A stretch of DNA of 64,000 nucleotides from Candidatus Eiseniibacteriota bacterium (GTDB taxonomy: Bacteria; Eisenbacteria; RBG-16-71-46; CAVPCR01). Of this stretch, positions 9,578 to 17,811 are shown in pieces. Under the pieces are notes generated by a model. It searched no databases. It had not been told where the DNA came from and saw only the letters and a program-made list of their open reading frames with translations. The stretch's first letter is position 1. Each line of letters begins with the position of its first letter. Position numbers and translations under genes: made by a program. Location of the stretch: NCBI GenBank assembly GCA_963823555.1, contig CAWGMA010000003.1, positions 192,001-256,000 on the forward strand, in the 5' to 3' direction.

Positions 9578-11416
9578 TCATACCTCGAGCCCGACGGCGC
9601 GCATCAGGGCGAGGGCGTTGCTCTTGGTGACGACTCCCGGCCGCATCTGGTAGTCGAAGGTCATGCGGCCGTCCTCGAGATGATCCTCGAAGTGCACGTT
9701 CGCGGCGCGGGGGGCCAGCACTTCGGCGACGTGGGCGAGCGCGAGATCATGGGTGGTCACGAGTCCGATCGCGCCCCGCTCGATGAGGCTTCGCACCACC
9801 GCCTCCGCACCGATCTTCCGGTCATGGGAGTTGGTGCCGTGAAGGAGCTCATCGAACAGGAAGAGCAAAGGCGGCGCTCCACGCCCGAGCTCGACCAGCT
9901 GCTTGAGCCGCGTGATCTCCGCATAGAAGCGCGAGACCCCTGCCTTGAGGGAGTCGTGGATACCGATCGTCGCGCCGACGGCGAGCGGTGACAGGCGAAG
10001 CCGATGAGCCCGCACCGGGCCGCCGGCCAGGGCCAGCACCGTGTTCACGCCCGCGGTGCGGAGGAGCGTGCTCTTCCCCGACATGTTGGAGCCGCTCACC
10101 ACCAGCACCTGGAGCTCGCGGTCGAGCCGGAGGTCGTTCCGCACGAGGAGGCGCTCCGGAATCAGTGGGTGCCCGACCCCCTCGGCCTCGAACAGGGGGC
10201 CTTCAGCGGCGATCTCGGGGAAGGGATCCGCCGGATGCTCGTAGGCGTGGCTCGCGAGCGAGGACAGGGCTTCGATCTCCGCCACGGCGTCGATCCAGGC
10301 CTGGATCTCCCGCCCGTGCCGCGCGCGCCAGGACTCGATGGCGAAGGCGAGCTGCAGTCGCCAGAGGAGGAGGAACGCCAGCGGCGCAAAGAAGAGGTTG
10401 TGCTGCGAATCGGCCAGCTCGATCAAGCGCGCGAGCCGGGCGATCTGCCTCGAGGCGGGAACCCCCGCGAATTCGAGTGAGGCCCGCAGCGTCCGCAGTC
10501 GCGTCGCCTGCCATGGCTCGCGCTCGATGCGGGCGAGAAGATGAGCGAGGAGCGACAGCTCGGCGGCGGCGTGCTCGGCGCCCGCGTGCACGAGCTGAAC
10601 GCGGTCCTTGAAGGACCTCTCGAAGAGCATCCTCGCGAGCACGACGGCGACGAACGGGTATGGACCGAGGCCGAAGCGGAGCCAGCCCACGAGCGTTGCG
10701 ATCCCCAGCACGCCGAGGAGGAGAGCGATCGCCCGGGCTCTCGTCGGGTGGAGCATGATCGGCCCCGCCCCCCAGATCGAGAGCTCGACCGGATTCATGC
10801 CGGCCTCGACATCGGGACCGAGAACGGCGAGATCTTCCCGCAGGTCGAGCCGGTCCCTGAGCTCGGCGACCGCCCCCTGGCGGTCGCGGAGCACGGCCAG
10901 CGTGGCCGGCGCAATGAGCCACGAGGCGAGAGTCTCCATGCCGCGACTGGTGCGAGCCTGACAGAGGAGCTCGAAGAGAGAGCCGATGCCGAAGACGTCG
11001 AGGTCCGCCGCGTACGGGTGATCCTCGGTGCGGAAGCGCTCGCCGGCCTCGCCACGGCCAGCCCAGTCATCCGCGAGGCGTTCGAGGCCGCGGTCATAGA
11101 ACTCGGCCGCGCGCAGCACCTGGGCTCGCGCGGTACGGACCCGCGCGTGCAGGAGGACGAGAATCACGAAGAGGGCCAGCGGAACGGATAGCCAGAGGAT
11201 GGAGAAGGCGTGACGCGCGATGGCCAGCCAGGCCAGGAGCACGAGCGCGGCGAAGGCCGCGAGGCGAGCGTTGGCGATGGCGATGTCGCGCCGGCCGAGA
11301 CGATCGGCCTCGCTCCGTCGTGCCGCGAGGCGCTGCTCGTAGGTCTCGCGGGGAACGGACGGCGTCCTTCGCTCATCCGCACCTTCATCCGATGCCAAGG
11401 TCATCATCCGGTCCAT
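9578..11416 (-). CDS. Membrane-anchored MutS-related protein (MutS domain V ATPase)
   Basis: Walker A GSNMSGKST, SRFYAE, DELLHGTNS and TTHD. N-terminal TM pairs. No mismatch-binding domain. The start could be 11407-11419. Confidence 0.85.
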   Translation of the reverse strand: MDRMMTLASDEGADERRTPSVPRETYEQRLAARRSEADRLGRRDIAIANARLAAFAALVLLAWLAIARHAFSILWLSVPLALFVILVLLHARVRTARAQVLRAAEFYDRGLERLADDWAGRGEAGERFRTEDHPYAADLDVFGIGSLFELLCQARTSRGMETLASWLIAPATLAVLRDRQGAVAELRDRLDLREDLAVLGPDVEAGMNPVELSIWGAGPIMLHPTRARAIALLLGVLGIATLVGWLRFGLGPYPFVAVVLARMLFERSFKDRVQLVHAGAEHAAAELSLLAHLLARIEREPWQATRLRTLRASLEFAGVPASRQIARLARLIELADSQHNLFFAPLAFLLLWRLQLAFAIESWRARHGREIQAWIDAVAEIEALSSLASHAYEHPADPFPEIAAEGPLFEAEGVGHPLIPERLLVRNDLRLDRELQVLVVSGSNMSGKSTLLRTAGVNTVLALAGGPVRAHRLRLSPLAVGATIGIHDSLKAGVSRFYAEITRLKQLVELGRGAPPLLFLFDELLHGTNSHDRKIGAEAVVRSLIERGAIGLVTTHDLALAHVAEVLAPRAANVHFEDHLEDGRMTFDYQMRPGVVTKSNALALMRAVGLEV

Positions 11417-11742
11417 CATCTCCTCAGAACGGCTGTGGCCTGCACGGGCTCTACAGGCGACGGATGGTAGCAGGTGTGGCCAGATTTGCCTTCCTGGTTC
11501 TAACCCTATGTCATGCCTGGCGTTGAGGCGCTGTTGCCGCGGCCGGTCCACGCTTCGGCTCAGCGCCCAGGGCCCGGATTGCGGAGTTCAGTCGCTTCCG
11601 CTACATTCCGCTGTCGGCATTCGGTCTCGCGATGTGCTGCCGCGGACGCGAGTTGGCTCTTGTCCGGGGTTCGACCCGATCGACTGCGCCACGGGAGCGG
11701 CGGGTATCCGGCCACATCGACCTCTATTAAGGGAGCAGAACG

Positions 11743-12066
11743 ATGAAGCACAGGTCTTGGCTGATCTTGGCGATGCTGTTGCTGATCGGATCCGCGTTCC
11801 TTGCCTGCGGCACGAAGGAAGCCGAGCAGGCGGGACACGAAGCCGGTCAAGCGATGGAACAGGCGGGTGAGGCCGTTCAGGAAGGCGCCGAGCAGGCCGG
11901 CGAAGCGGTCGGCGAGGCGGTTGAAGGAGCTGGCGAAGCGGTCGGCGAGGCGGCCAAGGACGCCGGCGAAGCGGTCGGCGAGGCGGCCAAGGACGCCGGC
12001 GAAGCGGTCGGTGAGGCGGCCAAGGACGCCGGCGAGAAGACGAAGGAAGCCGTCGGCGGCCATTAG
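11743..12066 (+). CDS. Small lipoprotein with 11-residue Ala/Glu/Gly repeats (LEA-like)
   Basis: AAGGGAG RBS, lipobox-like FLAC, and GEAVGEAAKDA repeats. Confidence 0.85.
   Translation: MKHRSWLILAMLLLIGSAFLACGTKEAEQAGHEAGQAMEQAGEAVQEGAEQAGEAVGEAVEGAGEAVGEAAKDAGEAVGEAAKDAGEAVGEAAKDAGEKTKEAVGGH
11899..12030 (+). repeat. 33-bp coding tandem repeat (3 near-identical copies plus 1 divergent copy)
   Basis: GGCGAAGCGGTCGGCGAGGCGGCCAAGGACGCC units start at 11932, 11965 and 11998. A variant unit starts at 11899. Confidence 0.9.
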
Positions 12067-12130
12067 AATCCAGCAGGCCCTCCACCGAGCTCATTCCGGC
12101 CCGCGCGTGCGGGCCGGAACGGAGAAGAGA

Positions 12131-12171
12131 ACCCCCGCCAGCGCCATCGACGCCGGCGGGGGTCGTGCTTT
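12131..12171. terminator. Hairpin between convergent genes, probable terminator
   Basis: ACCCCCGCC...GGCGGGGGT inverted repeat between the lipoprotein and ABC gene stops. Confidence 0.5.
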
Positions 12172-12186
12172 GCCCTCGAGTCGCCG

Positions 12187-13989
12187 CTAGCTCCCGAGAA
12201 GCACCTTCTCCTCCGACTCGCGTGCGAACTGATTGGTGTAGAGCCGGTAGTAGGCGCCACGCTGTGTCAGGAGTTCGGCATGGCGTCCCTGCTCGATGAT
12301 CCGACCGTCCTCGATGACGAGGATCCGGCTCGCGGAGCGGATGGTGGAGAGCCGATGGGCGATCACGAAGCTCAGTCTGCCCGTCAGGATCTTCTCGATG
12401 CCGTCCTGGATCAGGCGCTCCGTCTCCGTATCCACCGACGATGTCGCCTCATCCAGGATGAAGATCTCGGGATCAGCAAGCACGGCGCGCGCGAGCGCGA
12501 CGAGCTGCTTCTGTCCGGTCGACAGCCTGGTTCCACCCTCACCCACGGGCGTGGCGTAGCCCTCCGGCAGACCGGCGATGAAGCGGTCCGCATTGGCCCA
12601 TCGCGCCGCGGCGAGCATCTCCTCGTCGGTCGCCTCGAGCCTCCCGTAGCGGATGTTCTCGGCGATGGTCCCGCTGAAGAGATGCGGTGACTGGAGCACG
12701 GTGCCGAGACGCGATTGCAGCCAGGGAAGCGAGTAGTCGCGATAATCGCGCCCGTTGAGCTTGATCGCGCCCGCGGTCGGCTCGTAGAAGCGGCAGAGAA
12801 GCCCCATGATCGTGCTCTTGCCGCTTCCCGTGGCCCCGACCAGGGCGATGGTCTCGCCCGCATGCACCGCGAGGTTGAAATCGTCGAGCACCGGTTCCCC
12901 CGCCTGGTAGGCGAACGACACATGGTCGAACTCGACCGTCGCGATCCGGCCCGGGGGCGGATCCGCGGCGAGCGCGGCCGGTGTATCCCGGACTTCGGGC
13001 ACCGTGTCGAGGAGCCCCTGCAGCCGCTCGGCCGAAGCCTGGGCCGCCTGCAGCTGGGTGAAACGCTCCGCCATTTCCTGGATGGGGATCGTGAACAGGG
13101 TCGCGTACTGCATGAAGGCGATGAGAGTTCCCAGGCTCAACTCGCCGCCGACGGCGATCCCACCGCGCCAGAGCGCGAGTCCCGCCCCCACGCTGCCCAG
13201 CGTGATGACGATCGGCAGGTAGACCGCCGCCGTGAGGGCGTTCCGGATCGAGGACTGGTACATCTCGCCGGAGAGCACCTGGAATTCGGCCAGGCTCTCC
13301 GCCTCCCGTCCCAGCGACTTGGTCGTCTGCACTCCGGTGATCGCCTCGTTGAAGCTGGCGGTGATCTGGGAGTTGATGCGGCGCACCGCCCGCTGGGTGC
13401 GCAGGAGCCGCCGCTGGAACCAGAGGCTCACCACCACGAGCGGGGGCACGATGACCATCACCATGAGGGCCAGCCGCCAGTGGAGAGTGAGCATGAAGAC
13501 GGTGATGCCGGTGAGCAGCGCCGATCCCCAGACCATGTCGAGCATGGTCCAGGGGATGACCGAGGACAGGCGACTGGCATCGGAGGTGAGCCGCGCCATC
13601 AGCCAGCCCACGGGGCGGCGGTCATAGAACGAGAACGAGAGCTCCTGCAGATGGGCGAAAGCGTCCCGCCGGAGGTCGTGAGCGAGTGCCGCCGCCGTGC
13701 CGCCGGCCGTCACGATGAAGCGCCAGATGAGAAGCGCGATGACGGCCACCAGTCCGAGGTAGTAGATGCCGTAGCGGGCCAGGGCCTGCCTGTCGGCGGC
13801 CGTCGCGCTGTCGATGATCCGGCCGGTCAATAGCGGCAGGACGGCGTCGGCGACAGCGAGCACGACGCCGCATAGGGCGAGCGTGGCCAGCCGCCGGCGA
13901 TAGGGACGGGCATGCGCGACGATGCGCCGCCAGAGGGCGACGTCGAGACCCCTGAGCGGCTGCTCGTCTTGTAGTTCATGTTCCATCAT
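12187..13989 (-). CDS. ABC exporter, fused permease/ATP-binding subunit (second half of a heterodimer)
   Basis: TM domain, GATGSGKST, LSTGQKQ, LDEATSSVD and IAHRLST. ATG 13989 overlaps the upstream stop (ATGA). Confidence 0.92.
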   Translation of the reverse strand: MMEHELQDEQPLRGLDVALWRRIVAHARPYRRRLATLALCGVVLAVADAVLPLLTGRIIDSATAADRQALARYGIYYLGLVAVIALLIWRFIVTAGGTAAALAHDLRRDAFAHLQELSFSFYDRRPVGWLMARLTSDASRLSSVIPWTMLDMVWGSALLTGITVFMLTLHWRLALMVMVIVPPLVVVSLWFQRRLLRTQRAVRRINSQITASFNEAITGVQTTKSLGREAESLAEFQVLSGEMYQSSIRNALTAAVYLPIVITLGSVGAGLALWRGGIAVGGELSLGTLIAFMQYATLFTIPIQEMAERFTQLQAAQASAERLQGLLDTVPEVRDTPAALAADPPPGRIATVEFDHVSFAYQAGEPVLDDFNLAVHAGETIALVGATGSGKSTIMGLLCRFYEPTAGAIKLNGRDYRDYSLPWLQSRLGTVLQSPHLFSGTIAENIRYGRLEATDEEMLAAARWANADRFIAGLPEGYATPVGEGGTRLSTGQKQLVALARAVLADPEIFILDEATSSVDTETERLIQDGIEKILTGRLSFVIAHRLSTIRSASRILVIEDGRIIEQGRHAELLTQRGAYYRLYTNQFARESEEKVLLGS

Positions 13990-15830
13990 GACGACACCTC
14001 CGAGGTCTCGGTCGCCTCCTCGTCCAGCAATTCGTCGCGCAGATTCTCCTCGAGCGCCGTCTGGATCTGCCAGAGCCGGCGGTAGAGGCCGTCTTCCGCG
14101 AGCAGTGTGGTATGCGATCCCTCCTGCAGGACTCGGCCCCGGTCCAGAGCCACGATGCGGTCCGCGTGCATGAGCGTGGACAGCCGGTGGGCGATGACCA
14201 CGGTCGTGTAGCGGCCGCGCCGCGCGCGGAGCGCGGTGAGGATCATGCTCTCGGTCTCCGTGTCCACCGCGGACAGCGCGTCGTCCAGGATCAGGATCGC
14301 GGGCTCGCGCACGAGCGCGCGGGCGAGCGCCACCCGCTGGCGCTGGCCGCCCGAGAGCGTGACTCCGCGCTCGCCAACGAGCGTGTCGTATCCGGCCTCG
14401 AAGCCGGTGATCGAATCGTGCACGCAGGCGGTGGCGGCCGCCTCGACGATCTCCTCGTCGCGGGCGGTGCCCCGTCCGAGGCGGATGTTCTCCCGCACCG
14501 ACTTCGAGTAGAGAAAGGGCTCCTGCATGACGACGGCGATGTGGGCCCTGAGCGCCTTCCGGCCGAGGGTCGTGATCTCCCGCCCGTCGATGCGGATCGA
14601 GCCCTGAGTCGGGTCGTAGAAGCGGAGGAGGAGGTTCACGATCGTCGACTTGCCCGCGCCGGAGGGGCCGAGCAGCGCCAGCGTCTCGCCCGATCCCACG
14701 CGGAAAGAGACCTGATCGAGGACTCGCGGGCCGTCGCCATGGGCGAAGCTCACCCCTTCGAACTCGATATCGCCGGCGACCGTCAGCGGTCCGCCGCGCA
14801 GGATCACCTCGCTCTCGCGCTCGGCACCGAGGATTTCCTCGATGCGGCCCATGGCCACCGAGGCCTTGCCGAGCTCGGTCAGGATGCGACCAAGCATGCG
14901 GATCGGCCAGATGAACATGTTCACCGCAGCGAGGAAGAAGTAGAACGTGCCCACCGGGATCTGCCCCAGCGCCAGCCAGAGGCCGCCCACCGCCACCAGC
15001 ACCACCTTCTGGCCCATGCACATGAAGTCGGAGATCGACCAGTACCAGGCGAGGAGCCGGAAGTACTGCGTGTCGAGATCGCGATAGGTTCGAATCCGCT
15101 CGCCGAACTTCTCCTTCTCGAAGTCCTGGCGGGCGAAGGCACGCACCACCCGGATCCCGGTCAGGTTCTCCTGGAGGGTGCTCGTCATTCGCCCCTCGGC
15201 TTCATCCACCAGCTTGAACGTCGCTCGCACCCTCCTGAAGAAGAAGAACGAGAAGATGACGATCGGGGGGATGAAGACCACCGAAACGGCGGCGAGTCGC
15301 CAGTCGAGGGCCACCATGAGCGGAATCGGCACCATCATCATGAGCGCCGCCCGTCCGATCTCGACGATCTGAGTGGCCAGGAACTGGCGAAACGTCTCCA
15401 CGTCGGAGGTGCATCGCTGCACGAGGTCCCCGGTTTCGGCCCGGTCGTGGTAGGCCGCCGGCAGATGCGCGAGATGGTCATGGAGCCGATCACGGACGCG
15501 GCGCGCGATGGACTCGCTGGCCATGGCCGACCAGCGTCCGCGCAGGTAGGCGAACCCGCCGGCGATCGCTGTCAGGACGACGATGGCCACCGCCGCGATC
15601 CAGAGATGGCTCTGCAGGAACTCGCGTCCGCCGGCAAGACCGACAGCCCACCGGACGAGCGGGGCCGCCCTCTCGGGCTCGCTCGTGAGCACGCCGTCGA
15701 GCACCACCTGGGGCACGAGCGGGACCAGGTATATGAAGCATGAGCCGAGGACGAGCGCGAATAGCGCTCCGCCATAGCGGAGGCGTTGTCCCCTGGTCAG
15801 TTGCCAGATGAGTCGATGATTGGCGTTCAT
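13986..15830 (-). CDS. ABC exporter, fused permease/ATP-binding subunit (first half of a heterodimer)
   Basis: GPSGAGKST, LSGGQRQ, degenerate Walker B LDDALSAVD, and IAHRLST. Start at 15830 (MNANH) or 15881. Confidence 0.92.
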   Translation of the reverse strand: MNANHRLIWQLTRGQRLRYGGALFALVLGSCFIYLVPLVPQVVLDGVLTSEPERAAPLVRWAVGLAGGREFLQSHLWIAAVAIVVLTAIAGGFAYLRGRWSAMASESIARRVRDRLHDHLAHLPAAYHDRAETGDLVQRCTSDVETFRQFLATQIVEIGRAALMMMVPIPLMVALDWRLAAVSVVFIPPIVIFSFFFFRRVRATFKLVDEAEGRMTSTLQENLTGIRVVRAFARQDFEKEKFGERIRTYRDLDTQYFRLLAWYWSISDFMCMGQKVVLVAVGGLWLALGQIPVGTFYFFLAAVNMFIWPIRMLGRILTELGKASVAMGRIEEILGAERESEVILRGGPLTVAGDIEFEGVSFAHGDGPRVLDQVSFRVGSGETLALLGPSGAGKSTIVNLLLRFYDPTQGSIRIDGREITTLGRKALRAHIAVVMQEPFLYSKSVRENIRLGRGTARDEEIVEAAATACVHDSITGFEAGYDTLVGERGVTLSGGQRQRVALARALVREPAILILDDALSAVDTETESMILTALRARRGRYTTVVIAHRLSTLMHADRIVALDRGRVLQEGSHTTLLAEDGLYRRLWQIQTALEENLRDELLDEEATETSEVSS

Positions 15831-15935
15831 CGCCCTGTTCCTGTGCGGCGGCGCCTTCAAGCGCCGCCGTCGCGAGGCCATGGGTCAGCGGTCGGGGAAC
15901 GGGCGGAGAGCGGGCTCGGGCCGGATTCAGTCGGC

Positions 15936-15978
15936 AGAAAGCGATCGAGCCCGCTCCCCGGCGAGGGAGCGGGCTCGA
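15936..15978 (-). terminator. Attenuator-type terminator hairpin in the leader of the ABC exporter operon
   Basis: Perfect 14-bp stem TCGAGCCCGCTCCC/GGGAGCGGGCTCGA (15945-15978) with a 6-nt loop, followed on the minus strand by TCGCTTTCT. Confidence 0.7.
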
Positions 15979-16001
15979 AGGACGAGTCTCAAGTCAACGT
16001 C

Positions 16002-16091
16002 CTAGGAAGCCGGGCTCCCTCCATCCCCAGCCGGGGGAAGGACGACCAGGCAAGGGACCTGGCCGGTGATGATGAGGACGTTGATCTTCAT
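16002..16091 (-). CDS. Putative 29-aa leader peptide MKINVLIITGQVPCLVVLPPAGDGGSPAS
   Basis: AAGGAG RBS 9 nt upstream of ATG 16091, TAG at 16002-16004, and position between a promoter and a terminator hairpin. Too short for the ORF track. Confidence 0.7.
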   Translation of the reverse strand: MKINVLIITGQVPCLVVLPPAGDGGSPAS

Positions 16092-16148
16092 GCGTAAACG
16101 CTCCTTAGGGGTTCGCACGGCGGATTCCCACCGGATTGATATGCGAAC

Positions 16149-16177
16149 ACTCTACGCGCATCGCAGGGCTCTGTAAA
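16149..16177 (-). promoter_or_regulatory. Sigma70 promoter for the leader peptide / ABC exporter operon
   Basis: TTTACA-N17-TAGAGT on the minus strand. Confidence 0.65.
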
Positions 16178-16197
16178 GCGGAATCATGAATTCGCCT

Positions 16198-17661
16198 TCA
16201 CCGCTCGTAGGATTCGCGGCGAGATGCAGCGGAGAGCGGTGTCAGAAAGCGGAGAGGATCGGAGAGCACTTGCGCTCGGACCTCGGCGAGCGTGGTCCCG
16301 CCGCCGTAGCTCACAGCCGATTGCAGATGCCCGCGCAGCCGATGGAGGATGGCGACGACACTCCCCTGGTAGGGGATCTGGACCTCATGGCCTTCTGCCG
16401 GGATGCCCAGCGCCGATTCGAGCGGCTCGCCATCATCCTCGAGCTGCGCTCCGAAGACCGCCTGGGGAGAGGTCATACCGCGATAGATCTTGCGCTTCTC
16501 ACGAGTGGCGGGGTCCTCGATCACATGCCCCGGTGCTTCGTCGGTCCCGGAGAGCATGCTGCCGAGCATCACGGTCGAGGCCCCGCAGATGAGGGCCAGG
16601 AAGACGTCCTTGTCGTGACGCACGCCACCGTCGGCGATCAGCGGGATCGAGTCGCCCAGCGCACAGTGGATCTCGCGAATCGCCTGCAGCTGGGGCACAC
16701 CGGCGGCCGTTTCGAGCCGCGTGCGGCAGCCGCGTCCGGGTCCGATGCCGATCTTGATGCCATCGACGCCGAGATCGGCGAGGAAGCGGGCACCATCGGC
16801 GGTGCCCACATTGCCGGCGATGAGCGTGAGATCGCCGAGATGACGGCGGAGCGCGGCCACGGCATCCCGCATGGCCAGCGAATGCCCATGGGCGATGTCG
16901 ACGAGGATGGCATCGGTGCCGGCGGCCAGAAGCTCCTGGGCGCGTTCGACGGAATCTCCGCGCGCACCGACCGCCGCGCCGACCAGCAGTCGCCCCTTCG
17001 CGTCCCGGCTCGAACCGGGAAGCTGGCGTGAGATCAGGATGTCCTTCTTGGTGATGAGACCGGCAATGTGGCCTTCCTCGTCGACGAGCGGCAGCTTCTC
17101 GATCCGGTGCTCGAACATCACCTGCTCGGCATCCTCGGCCGCGATCCCCGGCCGGGCGATGATCAGCTTCTGGCGTGGCGTCATGAACTCATCGACACGA
17201 TGATCGAGCCGATCCCCGGTCCAGGGGATATCGCGGTTCGAGAGCAGGCCGGCGAGGACGCGACTGCCATGCTCTTCCTCGATCAGGATGCCGGTGATGT
17301 TGTGCTGCTTGATGAACTCGATGGCATCGCGGATGGTGACGTCCCGGGGGAGAGAGAGCGGCTGCTCGACGACGTAGCCCTGACTCCGTTTCACCCGCTT
17401 CACCATGGCGACCTGCTCGGCGATCGGCATCGCGCGATGGATGAAACCGATGCCGCCCTCGAGCGCCATCGTCTTCGCCATCTGCATCTCGGTGACGCTG
17501 TCCATGTTGGCGGAGACGATGGGGAAGTGGAGGGCATGGTGCTTGGAGAGCCGCGTCGTGAGGGAGACCCGTCGGCGCGAGGCGACCCGACCCAGTTGCG
17601 GCCGGAAGAGGAAATCATCGTAGGTGCGGCCGATGAAGATCCGTTCGAGATCCCTGTCCAT
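16198..17661 (-). CDS. guaB: IMP dehydrogenase / GMP reductase family protein with CBS pair (atypical active site)
   Basis: TYDD, PIVSANMDSVTE, CBS domains, DIAHGHS, GIGPGxxCxTR, IADGG and YRGM. True start is ATG 17661; the longer ORF is shadow over dinB. Exact activity is uncertain. Confidence 0.85.
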   Translation of the reverse strand: MDRDLERIFIGRTYDDFLFRPQLGRVASRRRVSLTTRLSKHHALHFPIVSANMDSVTEMQMAKTMALEGGIGFIHRAMPIAEQVAMVKRVKRSQGYVVEQPLSLPRDVTIRDAIEFIKQHNITGILIEEEHGSRVLAGLLSNRDIPWTGDRLDHRVDEFMTPRQKLIIARPGIAAEDAEQVMFEHRIEKLPLVDEEGHIAGLITKKDILISRQLPGSSRDAKGRLLVGAAVGARGDSVERAQELLAAGTDAILVDIAHGHSLAMRDAVAALRRHLGDLTLIAGNVGTADGARFLADLGVDGIKIGIGPGRGCRTRLETAAGVPQLQAIREIHCALGDSIPLIADGGVRHDKDVFLALICGASTVMLGSMLSGTDEAPGHVIEDPATREKRKIYRGMTSPQAVFGAQLEDDGEPLESALGIPAEGHEVQIPYQGSVVAILHRLRGHLQSAVSYGGGTTLAEVRAQVLSDPLRFLTPLSAASRRESYER

Positions 17662-17811
17662 GGCGCCCGGAGTATAGCGCCGTGACGCCGTCCCGCCCAG
17701 GGAAGCCGGCCGGCATCGGTCGGAGCGGCCCGGAGCTTGTTGCGCCGCGGCGCGGGACATAGGAGACTTTTCGTGCCCGGCCGCGCCTCCCATCGGTGAT
17801 AAGAGAAAGCC

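Noticed and set aside
11655..11692. GGTTCGA...GCCA resembling a tRNA T-arm and 3' end
   Set aside because: The T-stem does not pair in canonical register, and no acceptor or anticodon arms can be built.
11899..12030. 33-bp direct repeats as a possible CRISPR array
   Set aside because: No spacers, in-frame coding repeats, and no cas genes.
13990..15021. 944-aa ORF suggesting a fused or frameshifted ABC gene
   Set aside because: The extension is an alternative frame over the upstream ABC gene. The two genes are intact and coupled by ATGA.
17662..17811. LexA/SOS box upstream of dinB
   Set aside because: No recognisable palindromic SOS motif.
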